From Macrostomum lignano (Eukaryota), in assembly GCA_002269645.1 (NCBI GenBank), contig NIVC01000254.1:496001-560000 (forward strand): DNA of 64,000 nt, in the 5' to 3' direction. Shown one piece after another: positions 20,715 through 32,800 of the stretch. The translations under genes and the position numbers were made by a program. Numbering within the stretch: the stretch's first letter is position 1; each line of letters opens with the position of its first letter. The notes under the pieces are model-generated. The model had not been told where the DNA came from and made no database searches. It saw only the letters and a program-made list of their open reading frames with translations.

Positions 20715-21060
20715 ATGCGGCCCTCGAAGCCTCTCTATCTGGCCCTTCATGGGTCCTTTGAAACTTCACAACAGCCATCGATCCGCGGCCTTCTCAATGC
20801 TTGTGTCTCGTCCGCTAAGTAAGCTCTCTCCCTCTCTCCTCTCCCCTCTCCTCTTCTCTTCCCATCTCTCGCCTCTACTCCTCTCTTCTCCTATCTCTCA
20901 TCTTCTATTCTCTCTCCTTTCCACTCTAATCGGGCCCGCAGACATGAGCCCTTATCTTATCTGATAGCGCCACAGACACTCATTTTGGCGCCGCAGGCAC
21001 TCACCTTATCTTATCTAATTCCTTATCTGGCCCAATTGAGGTGAAAAAAAGGTTTGCACG
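20715..21060. mobile_element. Truncated copy of the CT-rich hAT-like MITE family
   Basis: Shares AGCCTCTCTATC.GG.C...GGGTCCT.TGAAACTT.ACAA and CTGGCCC..TGAGGT.AAAAAA with the copies at 34998 and 44709. Confidence 0.65.
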
Positions 21061-21546
21061 GAGTTCATGGAATGACGCCAATCATTATAATTTGTACTAT
21101 ACTGCCCATGTATAGAATTTTCGCTTGTACTTTTACTAGTACAGCTTCAAGAACCGCCATCCCCATACATGTACTTGTATACACCACTTAAATCCACATA
21201 CTCAATTTTCTCTTCTCAGGCAATTTGCCCAACCATGCAAGGAGGCCCAAAAGCGTGAGTCTGGATTAACAAAACTCTCTTTACCCAAAAACCATGACTT
21301 CGTCCCCATTTTCAGACAACTGTATTATAGCCTTGACTTCAGGTTGTTTCATTTCGGGTTTACTTCATACACCGCGGTAGTACCCGGAAAAATTTCAACA
21401 ATATTGAACTTTTAAAGTTGGGTGCGTTAAAATTCAATAAGTTTTAACCTAAGCTACGGAGATTTTATGATCAGCTTTAAAATGGGACCATAAGCTTACA
21501 GAATTTATGCTTTATACGTGTGTGTGTTATTCTTCGTAGACTGAAT

Positions 21547-22236
21547 CAGGGGCAGGGGGCAGGGGGACATGTTCCCCTCCAGTACAAGCTCTGGGGGGAT
21601 ATGCCAATGCTTTGTCCCCCCATCCCACCTTGTGACCCGTTGTGGCAATCAAAAATTTTTCTTCACGGCGCCACAATATAGTGCCGGTGGCGCTAAAATG
21701 AGTGCCTGCGGCGCTAAAATGAGTTCCTGCGGCGCTAAAATGAGTGCCTGCGGCGCTAAAATGAGTGCCTGCGGCGCTAAAATGAGTGCCTGCGGCGCTA
21801 AAATGAGTGCCTGCGGCGCTAAAATGAGTGCCTGCGGTGCTAAAATGAGTGTCTGCGGCGCTAAAATGAGTGCCGGTGGCGCTAAAATGAGTGCCTGCGG
21901 CGCTAAAATGAGTGCCGGTGGCGCTAAAATGAGTGCCTACGGCACTAAATGAGTGTCTGCGGTGCTAAAATGAGTGCCTATGGCACTAAAATGAGTGCCT
22001 GCGGCGCTAAAATGAGTGCCTGAGGCGCTAAAATGAGTGTCTGCGGCGCCAAAATCAAAGCCTGGAGCGCTAAAATGAGTGTCTGCGGCGCTAAAATGAG
22101 TGCCTAGAGAGTCAAAATGAGGGACTGACAAAACCGCTTCTCAAAATAATGGACATGTAGGAATTCAGTAGTGTACATGTAGATGTTGAATTTTTGGCTT
22201 TGTCCCCCCACCATAAAATCCATGGCGACGCCCCTG
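21547..22236. mobile_element. hAT-type MITE with an internal 21-bp minisatellite (about 21685-22110)
   Basis: Termini CAGGGGC and GCCCCTG, degenerate TSD GACTGAAT/GACTAAAC, internal GGCGCTAAAATGAGTGCCTGC array. Confidence 0.65.
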
Positions 22237-23219
22237 GACTAAACCATTGCAGTCAGCCTCTGCAGTTTACCTGAGAATTTTGTTAATCTAATTGGCTCTG
22301 CTCTCGTTCGATCTGGGGTTCCTTGGGCCTCAACTAACTTTTATAACTACATGTATACACTAAACTCTGTGAAGAATGGCTAAGGACATTTATTAGAAAT
22401 TGTTTGCCAACGACTATATGGTTTCAGCCCTGCCGCAGCTAGAGCTCCTGCTGCAGAAACAACACAACAAGCCTTATAGCTAAAAGCTGGAAGCAAATTG
22501 CCTGCCTAAAAGAGCTGGAACGGGGCAAGAAAAAGGAGACGGGAGACGCCTTTCCCGCACTTGAAAAGCGACATGCATTATTGAAGATTCTGCTGCACCT
22601 ACGCGATTGCATGCTGAAAAATTGCTGTGCTAGTTAAGAATGAAAAAGTCGTCAGCATTGCAAGAGGAAGGCTTTTTCTTCTGTTGTACTTGAGAATGAA
22701 GACTGCAAGAATCCATTGTTAAACACAAGCCAAGAGTCCGATGCGCGCTTGTAAACCGTGTGGAAAAACAGGCATTTTAACAAAATAACTCTTGAAGAAA
22801 ACTTTGCTATAGTTTTTTTTAATTAATTAGCTGCATTTGATGTTTAAGTTGATTTCTGAGCGTGTATTTCATAAATTTAACAACGATATTTTGTTTAACA
22901 AATGCACCAATAATGGTGTTGGAAACTGTGCGCTTGGTTGTCGATCACACTCACCTTTTGACACTTACCATGGTTTGAATTGCTAGCCTTGCTCGCTTAT
23001 AATACTCTATTGCTATAATACTCATATTTGGGTATTTCAGTGTTTTTTAAATCGATCAATAAGGCTTACCTCGTGCTTTGTAGCCTGCCATTGACGCTGA
23101 ATTCGAGTGCTTCATCCCCTTGACTAATAAATGCGTTCTTGAAGGCTAATTTCGATTGCTAAATAATGTTGCAAAAATTTTGAATTTTACTGGGATGGGA
23201 AGTATGGGATGTGATAATG

Positions 23220-23740
23220 AGATGGGGAGACTGGGATGGGGAGACTGGGATGGGGAGACTGGGATGGGGAGACTGGGATGGGGAGACTGGGATGGGGAGA
23301 CTGGGATGGGGAGACTGGGATGGGGAGACTGGGATGGGGAGACTGGGATGGGGAGACTGGGATGGGGAGACTGGGATGGGGAGACTGGGATGGGGAGACT
23401 GGGATGGGGAGACTGGGATGGGGAGACTGGGATGGGGAGACTGGGATGGGGAGACTGGGATGGGGAGACTGGGATGGGGAGACTGGGATGGGGAGACTGG
23501 GATGGGGAGACTGGGATGGGGAGACTGGGATGGGGAGACTGGGATGGGGAGACTGGGATGGGGAGACTGGGATGGGGAGACTGGGATGGGGAGACTGGCA
23601 TGGGAGACTGGGATGGGGAGATTAGGATGGGGAGACTGGGATGGAGAGACTGGGATGGGGAGACTGGGATGGGGAGACTGGGATGGGGAGAATGGGATGT
23701 GGAGAATGGGATGAGGAGACTGGGATGGGGAGACTAGGAT
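23220..23740. repeat. 15-bp minisatellite GGGATGGGGAGACTG
   Basis: Direct reading. Confidence 0.95.
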
Positions 23741-23832
23741 GGGGTTGGAGGACCGTGAGGAAATGAGAGATGATGAAAGTGAGGCTAAATGAACAACTGA
23801 ATGCCAAGTCAATCCATTGTGATGCATCTTAC

Positions 23833-26800
23833 CCATTCCTGTGCAGTTGAGCAGCTCTGAGCTCTGCCACAGGCTCCGATTATCGCTAGCCGCCAGAGGG
23901 ATCCAAACTCTGCCAGTATCGTTGCAGACCACAGTCTGGTAAGCGTCCGGGACTAGAGAGCACTGGATCAATAGTTGATACCCTGGCGGTAGTTCCACTG
24001 TTGCCATAGTAACTGCAGCAGTCGCCGAAGCGTCCCTGGTCCAATTGGCTCCTGTGGATGCGTTGGCAGCTTCCAGAACTCCAGTCACTTCAGTCCGCGG
24101 CGGAGTTGCGAACGCCGGGCAGGTCTCGTACTGGCAGGTAATTTCCAGATCCGATTCGTAGCCGAGAGTCTCCTTGTAGAACACTTGAACTTCACCGTCA
24201 GGACGGCACAGTAAGTAATAACTCCGATTGACGCTGGCCGAAGACCTGTCCTGCACTCGAGTGGCATTGCACGCGATTGTCAGGGTGGAATTTGGTGGCA
24301 AATGGTTGTCATGGTGACGCGGGTGCGGCCATCCAACTTCGCTGTTGTTAGTGACGATCACGTTTCTGTAGCTTAGCATGTCTGGCGTCACTGCGCAAGT
24401 CTTTAGGGCCTGGTTGACGCATCTGCAGAGTGGTGTTGTTAAAACTCCTTTAATAATTTATTGTGTTTGAACTTTGATGTTCGCTACATGATCCGTTAGA
24501 CAAGAGTGACAAGATCCGTTAGACAATGGTGACAAGATCCGTTAGACAATGGTGACAAGATCCGTTAGACAATGGTGACAATATCCGTTAGACAATGGTG
24601 ACAAGATCCGTTAGAAAATGGTGACAAGATCCGTTAGACAAGAGTGACAAGATCCGTTAGACAATGGTGACAAGATCCGTTAGACAATGGTGACAAGATC
24701 CGTTAGACAAGAGTGACAAGATCCGTTAGACAAGAGTGACAAGATCCGTTAGACAATGGTGACAAGATCCCTTAGACAAGAGTGACAAGATCCGTTAGAC
24801 AAGAGTGACAAGATCCGTTAGACAAGAGTGACAAGATCCGTTAGACAAGAGTGACAAGATCCGTTAGACAATGGTGACAAGATCCGTTAGACAAGAGTGA
24901 CAAGATCCCTTAGACAAGAGTGACAAGATCCGTTAGACAAGAGTGACAAGATCCGTTAGACAAGAGTGACAAGATCCGTTAGACAATTGTGACAAGATCC
25001 GTTAGACAAGAGTGACAAGATCCGTTAGACAATGGTGACAAGATCCGTTAGACAATGGTGACAAGATCCGTTAGACAAGAGTGACAAGATCCGTTAGACA
25101 ATGGTGACAAGATCCGTTAGACAATGGTGACAAGATCCGTTAGACAATGGTGACAAGATCCGTTAGACAAGAGTGACAAGATCCGTTAGACAAGAGTGAC
25201 AAGATCCGTTAGACAATGGTGACAAGATCCGTTAGACAAGAGTGACAAGATCCGTTAGACAATGGTGACAAGATCCGTTAGAAAATGGTGACAAGATCCG
25301 TTAGACAATGGTGACAAGATCCGTTAGACAAGAGTGACAAGATCCGTTAGACAATGGTGACAAGATCCGTTAGACAATGGTGACAAGATCCGTTAGACAA
25401 TGGTGACAAGATCCGTTAGACAAGAGTGACAAGATCCGTTAGACAATGGTGACAAGATCCGTTAGACAAGAGTGACAAGATCCGTTAGACAATGGTGACA
25501 AGATCCGTTAGACAATGGTGACAAGATCCGTTAGACAATGGTGACAAGATCCGTTAGACAATGGTGACAAGATCCGTTAGACAATGGTGACAAGATCCGT
25601 TAGACAAGAGGGACAAGATCCGTTAGACAATTAGATACAAGATTCGTTCGACAATTAGATACAAGATGCATTAGACAATTAGATACAAGATGCATTAGAC
25701 AATTAGATACAAGATCCGTTAGACAATTAGATACAAGATCCATTAGACAATTAGATACAAGATCCGTTAGACAATTAGATACATGATTCATTAGACATTT
25801 AGATACAAGATGCATTAGACAATTAGATACATTATTCATCAGACAATTAGATACATGATCCGTTAGACAATTAGATACATGATTCATTAGACAATTAGAT
25901 ACAAGATGCATTAGACAATTAGATACAAGATCCGTTAGACAATTAGATACAAGATCCGTTAGACAATTAGATACAAGATCCGTTAGACAATTAGATACAA
26001 GATCCATTAGACAATCAGATACAAGATCCGTTAGACAATTAGATACAAGATCCGTTACACAATTAGATACAAGATCCGTTACACAATTAGATACAAGATC
26101 CGTTAGACAATCAGATACAAGATCCGTTAGACAATTAGATACAAGATCCGTTACACAATTTGATACAAGATCCGTTAGACAATTAGATACAAGATCCGTT
26201 AGACAATCAGATACAAGATCCATTAGACAATCAGATACAAGATCCGTTCGACAATTAGATACAAAATCCATTAGACAATCAGATACAAGACCCGTTAGAC
26301 AATTAGATACAAGATCCGTTAGACAATTAGATACAAGATCCGTTAGACAATTAGATACAAGATCCGTTAGACAATTAGATACAAGATCCGTTAGACAATT
26401 AGATACAAGATCCGTTAGACAATCAGATACAAGATCCGTTAGACAATTAGATACAAGATCCGTTACACAATTAGATACAAGATCCGTTACACAATTAGAT
26501 ACAAGATCCGTTAGACAATCAGATACAAGATCCGTTAGACAATTAGATACAAGATCCGTTAGACAATTAGATACAAGATCCGTTAGACAATTAGATACAA
26601 GATCCATTAGACAATCAGATACAAGATCCGTTAGACAATTAGATACAAGATGCATTAGACAGTTAGATACAGGATGCATTAGACAATGGTGACAAGATCC
26701 GTTAGACAATATTAACAAATAAGATTTTTTAGACAATATTGACAACATCCCGCTATACAGGAGTGACAACTCTTAATGTAATCGTAATTGTGGGATGCAC

Positions 26801-29800
26801 TAACCTAACCACCGTAAACCGCCTCCGCCAAAAGTTTTCTAATTCTCACCTTTCCTGAAGGTCAGCCAGGAAAACGCTGAAATTTCCACCCGTCCTGGTT
26901 TCAGGATTGTTGCTGCCACTATCAGCAAATGAGATGCCAAATTCGTATGAATAGTTAGCGAACAGAAGGCACTTGATGTTGATAATGGGTCTCAAATAGT
27001 ACAAAAACGGATTCGAAGCGTTTTTGCAGGCTACTTTCACACTTTCGCCAACTTCCATGAACGCTGCTGGATCCAATTCTGTTGTATTGATGAGCGATAT
27101 GTTGAAAAAACTTGACACGGGACATTTGACTCGGCGACAGCGATAGAGAGGTGTCGCCTCTGCTGGCTGCTCGATAGAGTCCACGGCCAGCGTGGTAGCG
27201 TTGCTGAAGAAGGCACAAGTGGGGTTGGGCTTGTGTTGTGTTAGTGCGTCAGTCACTCAACCGCCTGTGCGCCAATTGCACGCACTGTACTGTAAGAGTT
27301 GGGCTTGTGTTGTGTTAGTGCGTCAGTCAGTCAACCGCCTTTGCGCCAATTGCATGCACTGTACTGTAAGAGTTGGGCTTGTGTTGTGTTAGTGCGTCAG
27401 TCACTCAACCGCCTTTGCGCCAATTGCACGCACTGTACTGTAAGAGTTGGGCTTGTGTTGTGTTAGTGCGTCAGTCAGTCAACCGCCTGTGCGCCAATTG
27501 CACGCACTGTACTGTAAGAGTTGGGCTTGTGTTGTGTTAGTGCGTCAGTCAGTCAACCGCCCGTGCGCCAATTGCATGCACTGTACTGTAAGAGTTGGGC
27601 TTGTGTTGTGTTAGTGCGTCAGTCAGTCAACCGCCTGTGCGCCAATTACGCGCACTGTACTGTAAGAGTTCAGATGGAACGGTTGGACCTTCGGATAAGT
27701 CGGATAATCAGATAAACGGTTAAAGCGTTGTACGAATTGAGAATGTGACGCGTGGTCACATATACGAGCTAAATCATGATACTGCTCAACTTCTGTGAGT
27801 TAGGGTGCGGAATGGAGCCGTTGTTGAGTTTAGTCGCACACGCAGAGTCAGGATTGTTCCAGGAAGTCAAGCAAGGGCTTTTATTCTCCGAAATTCATTT
27901 CTATAAATTAAACAGAAGTTGAACTCTTCACACCTTTATCTCTTATTTATACACACTGAACTGTGTGTCTGATGCTGAAATCAGACAAAAAAGTGCCTCC
28001 TGAGATGAGACTATAATAGCGCGCCTGTACACCCGCTGTGCCTTGGGGGGTTGGCCCTCATGGTTGCAAATCGCACAACAACAACCCCATGGGCCAGTTT
28101 ACCTGCACACAAGTCCCAAATGAATGTCTACAAGTGGTCCTTGGTTTACCGATGACCTGCTCTGTCCCGAACGGCATGTAGATAAGCCAAAACACTCACC
28201 AGAAATAGGACACATTGAACTTCCACCTATCGCTGGAACAGTACACGCCGGGGGACACTCCGTACTGACTGGCAAAGCTGTCGTTTGCTGGCACCAGGTT
28301 TGCACCCGGTAGGCACAGCGCCTGTACCTGGGTATTGTTAGGAACCAGCCAGCTGCCGGAGACCATATCCGGAATAAATCTCAGATACTTCTGCGTGTCC
28401 ACATCGCCCATTAAAATGAGCTGACGCAAGTCGCAATGGCTGCTTCGACAGGAAGACGTGTTGCTCAGCTGGGACCAGTTCATGGAGCCTGGATAGGCCT
28501 GACAGGTGCTGTAGACTACGGGAGCGACGGAACTGAGTGAGCCCGTCTCTGGCAGGTTGCAACCGTAATAGACACTGGAATCTATGCGAACGCTGGCCGG
28601 ATCCATCTCGCTGCAGTTCACCGTCAGCATGTCAACGATTAACGATGTTGAAGACACGTTGAACCATCCTACGCCACTCAGGTAGCCGTCGGGATAGGCT
28701 GGCGGAGACTGCGAGCACGATGAACCTTGATGGAGAAGAATAAGGAAGAGCTGGGTGAGTGACTATTTGTTAGATCAGGTAGATTAGACATCGGGCAGAT
28801 TAAACATCGATTAAGATTAGACACCAGATAGATTAGACATCAGGTAGATCAGACATCAGGTAGATTAGAGATATGGTAGAAAACAAATCGGGAAAATTAG
28901 ACATCTGCTAGATTAGACATCAGGTAGATTAGACAGCAGGTAGATTGGATATCGGGTAGATTAGACATCAGGTAGATTAGATATCAGTTAGATTGGATAT
29001 TGGGTAGATTATTGATATGGTAGATTAGAAATCGGGTAGATTAGGCATCGGCTAGATTAGATATCGGGTAGATTAGACATCAGCTAGATTAGACATCAGG
29101 TAGATTAGACATAAGGTAGATTAGAGATATGGTGGAAAAAATCGGGAAAATTAGACATCTGCTAGATTAGACATCAGGTAGATTAGACGTCAGGTAGATT
29201 GGATATTGGGTAGATTAGTAATATGGCAGATTAGAAATCAGATCGATTAGACATCAGGTAGATTGGATATCAAATAGATTAGACATCAGGTAGATTAGAC
29301 ATCAGTTAGATTGAATATTGGGTAGATAAGAGATATGGTAGATTAAAAATCGAGTAGACTAGACATCGGCTAGATTAGATATCAGGTAGATTAGATATCA
29401 GTTAGATTGGATATTGGGTAGATTATTGATATGGTAGATTAGAAATCGGGTAGATTAGGCATCGGCTAGATTAGATATCGGGTAGATTAGACATCAGCTA
29501 GATTAGACATCAGGTAGATTAGACATAAGGTAGATTAGAGATATGGTGGAAAAAATCGGGAAAATTAGACATCTGCTAGATTAGACATCAGGTAGATTAG
29601 ACGTCAGGTAGATTAGACATCAGTTAGATTGAATATTGGGTAGAAAAGAGATATGGTAGATTAGAAATCGAGTAGACTAGACATCGGCTAGATTAGATAT
29701 CAGGTAGATTAGACATCAGGTAGATTAGATATCAGTTAGATTGGATATTGAGTAGATTAGTGATATGGTGGATTAGAAATCGGCTAGATTAGGCATCGGC

Positions 29801-32800
29801 TAGATTAGATATCGGGTAGATTAGACACCAGATAGATTAGACATCAGGTAGATCAGACATCAGGTAGATTAGAGATATGGTAGAAAACAAATCGGGAAAT
29901 TAGACATCTGCTAGATTAGACATCAGGTAGATTAGACGTCAGGTAGATTGGATATCGGGTAGATTAGACATCAGGTAGATTAGACATCAGGTAGATTAGA
30001 CGTCAGGTAGATTAGACATCAGGTAGATTAGATATCAGTTAGATTGGATATTGGGTAGATTATTGATATGGTAGATTAGAAATCGGGTAGATTAGGCATC
30101 GGCTAGATTAGATATCGGGTAGATTAGACATCAGCTAGATTAGACATCAGGTAGATTAGACATAAGGTAGATTAGAGATATGGTGGAAAAAATCGGGAAA
30201 ATTAGACATCTGCTAGATTAGACATCAGGTAGATTAGACGTCAGGTAGATTAGACATCAGTTAGATTGAATATTGGGTAGAAAAGAGATATGGTAGATTA
30301 GAAATCGAGTAGACTAGACATCGGCTAGATTAGATATCAGGTAGATTAGACATCAGGTAGATTAGATATCAGTTAGATTGGATATTGAGTAGATTAGTGA
30401 TATGGTGGATTAGAAATCGGCTAGATTAGGCATCGGCTAGATTAGATATCGGGTAGATTAGACACCAGATAGATTAGACATCAGGTAGATCAGACATCAG
30501 GTAGATTAGAGATATGGTAGAAAACAAATCGGGAAATTAGACATCTGCTAGATTAGACATCAGGTAGATTAGACGTCAGGTAGATTGGATATCGGGTAGA
30601 TTAGACATCAGGTAGATTAGACATCAGGTAGATTAGACGTCAGGTAGATTAGACATCAGGTAGATTAGATATCAGTTAGATTGGATATTGGGTAGATTAT
30701 TGATATGGTAGATTAGAAATCGGGTAGATTAGGCATCGGCTAGATTAGATATCGGGTAGATTAGACATCAGCTAGATTAGACATCAGGTAGATTAGACAT
30801 AAGGTAGATTAGAGATATGGTGGAAAAAATCGGGAAAATTAGACATCTGCTAGATTAGACATCAGGTAGATTAGACGTCAGGTAGATTGGATATTGGGTA
30901 GATTAGTAATATGGCAGATTAGAAATCAGGTCGATTAGACATCAGGTAGATTGGATATCAGGTAGATTAGACATCTGGTAGATAAGAGATATGGTAGATT
31001 AGAAATCGGGTAGATTGGATATCGGGTAGATTAGACATCAGGTAGATTAGACATAAGGTAGATTAGAGATATGGTGGAAAAAATCGGGAAAATTAGACAT
31101 CTGCTAGATTAGACATCAGGTAGATTAGACGTCAGGTAGATTGGATATTGGGTAGATTAGTAATATGGCAGATTAGAAATCAGGTCGATTAGACATCAGG
31201 TAGATTGGATATCAGGTAGATTAGACATCTGGTAGATAAGAGATATGGTAGATTAGAAATCGGGTAGATTGGATATCGGGTAGATTAGACATCAGGTAGA
31301 TTAGAAATCAGGTAGATTAGACATCTGGTAGATTAGAAATTTGAGATTAAACATCTACTAGATTAGATAGCAGCGCACAGCTCACCACTGCGACACACAA
31401 TCGAAGCCAGTGCGCTACACGAAAACAGTTTAAAATTCCCATCTCTCGATCCGTTTGCATAGGCTGTCACAGTAAATACTGTGCACTGTTCAACATTGAA
31501 TTCGATATTGGTATCGTAGATGAACCGGTTCATTAATTTTGAACTGGCGAGCAGACTGTTGCTAGACAAATAATAATCGTACATCGCCTCGCCGTCAGCG
31601 TTCGTCCAATTCTGATATTCGTAGCCGTCCAGCCAGAATGACGAACTGCCCGAGGCAGGAAATATTGATAAGCCTCCTGGAATTTCATGCGATTAGGAAA
31701 CAAAACGTAAAAATGCCTTCCTAAGAACTGTTAATGCGCCTGCTTTGAGACTTGCTTTGCTGTTTTGTTTGACTCTATTGTTTCAATGGTCTGTTAGAGG
31801 TATGACCAGAGTGCGGCTAATACTATCTGTATCTGTAGCTGTATCTGTATTTGTGCCAGTCAGTGTCTGTAGATGTGTTTCAGTTATTTTCTGCCGGTTT
31901 TTGTAGCCAATTTGTCGGAGTTAGTTTCTCTGTCAGTGTCTACGTCACTATCAGTATCTATATCAGTGTCTACGTCACTATCAGTATCTATATCAGTGTC
32001 TACGTCACTATCAGTATCTATATCAGTGTCTACGTCACTATCAGTATCTATATCAGTGTCTACGTCACTATCAGTATCTATATCAGTGTCTACGTCACTA
32101 TCAGTATCTATATCAGTGTCTACGTCACTATCAGTATCTATATCAGTGTCTACGTCACTATCAGTATCTATATCAGTGTCTACGTCACTATCAGTATCTA
32201 TATCAGTGTCTACGTCACTATCAGTATCTATATCAGTGTCTACGTCACTATCAGTATCTATATCAGTGTCTACGTCACTATCAGTATCTATATCAGTGTC
32301 TACGTCACTATCAGTATCTATATCAGTGTCTGCGTCACTATCATTATCTGTGTCAGTGTCTGCGTCACTATCAGTATCTGCGTCAGTGTCTGCGTCACTA
32401 TCAGTATCTGCGTCAGTGTCTGCGTCACTATCATTATCTGTGTCAGTGTTTGCGTCACTATCATTATCTGCGTCAGTGTCTGCGTCACTATCATTATCTG
32501 TGTCAGTGTCTGCGTCACTATCAGTATCTGTGTCAGTGTCTGCGTCACTATCAGTATCTATGTGCGTCAGTGTCTGTAGCCGTCTCAGAAATTATATCAG
32601 TGCCTGTCTTCAAGAGGATGAATGTCGAAAATTGCTAACTAGACCTGGATAATTTTTACTTACCACCTCCTACTAAGGCCTTGGTGACATCTCCTACTAC
32701 ATTCAATGTCTCTCTCAGAAACCTGCGCTTCCTCCTTCGAGCCCCTTCGCTGCTGTTGCTGCTGCCTGTCAGCTGCCTCGGCAAATGACAGCTAAATTCG

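Noticed and set aside
23159-23832. Ser/Pro-rich SPSQSPHP extension of the lectin-like ORF
   Set aside because: A strong donor (G|GTAAGA at 23832) precedes it; the extension is the 15-bp intronic repeat.
24487-27670. Regular repeat arrays resembling CRISPR
   Set aside because: No unique spacers, no cas genes, eukaryotic intron context.
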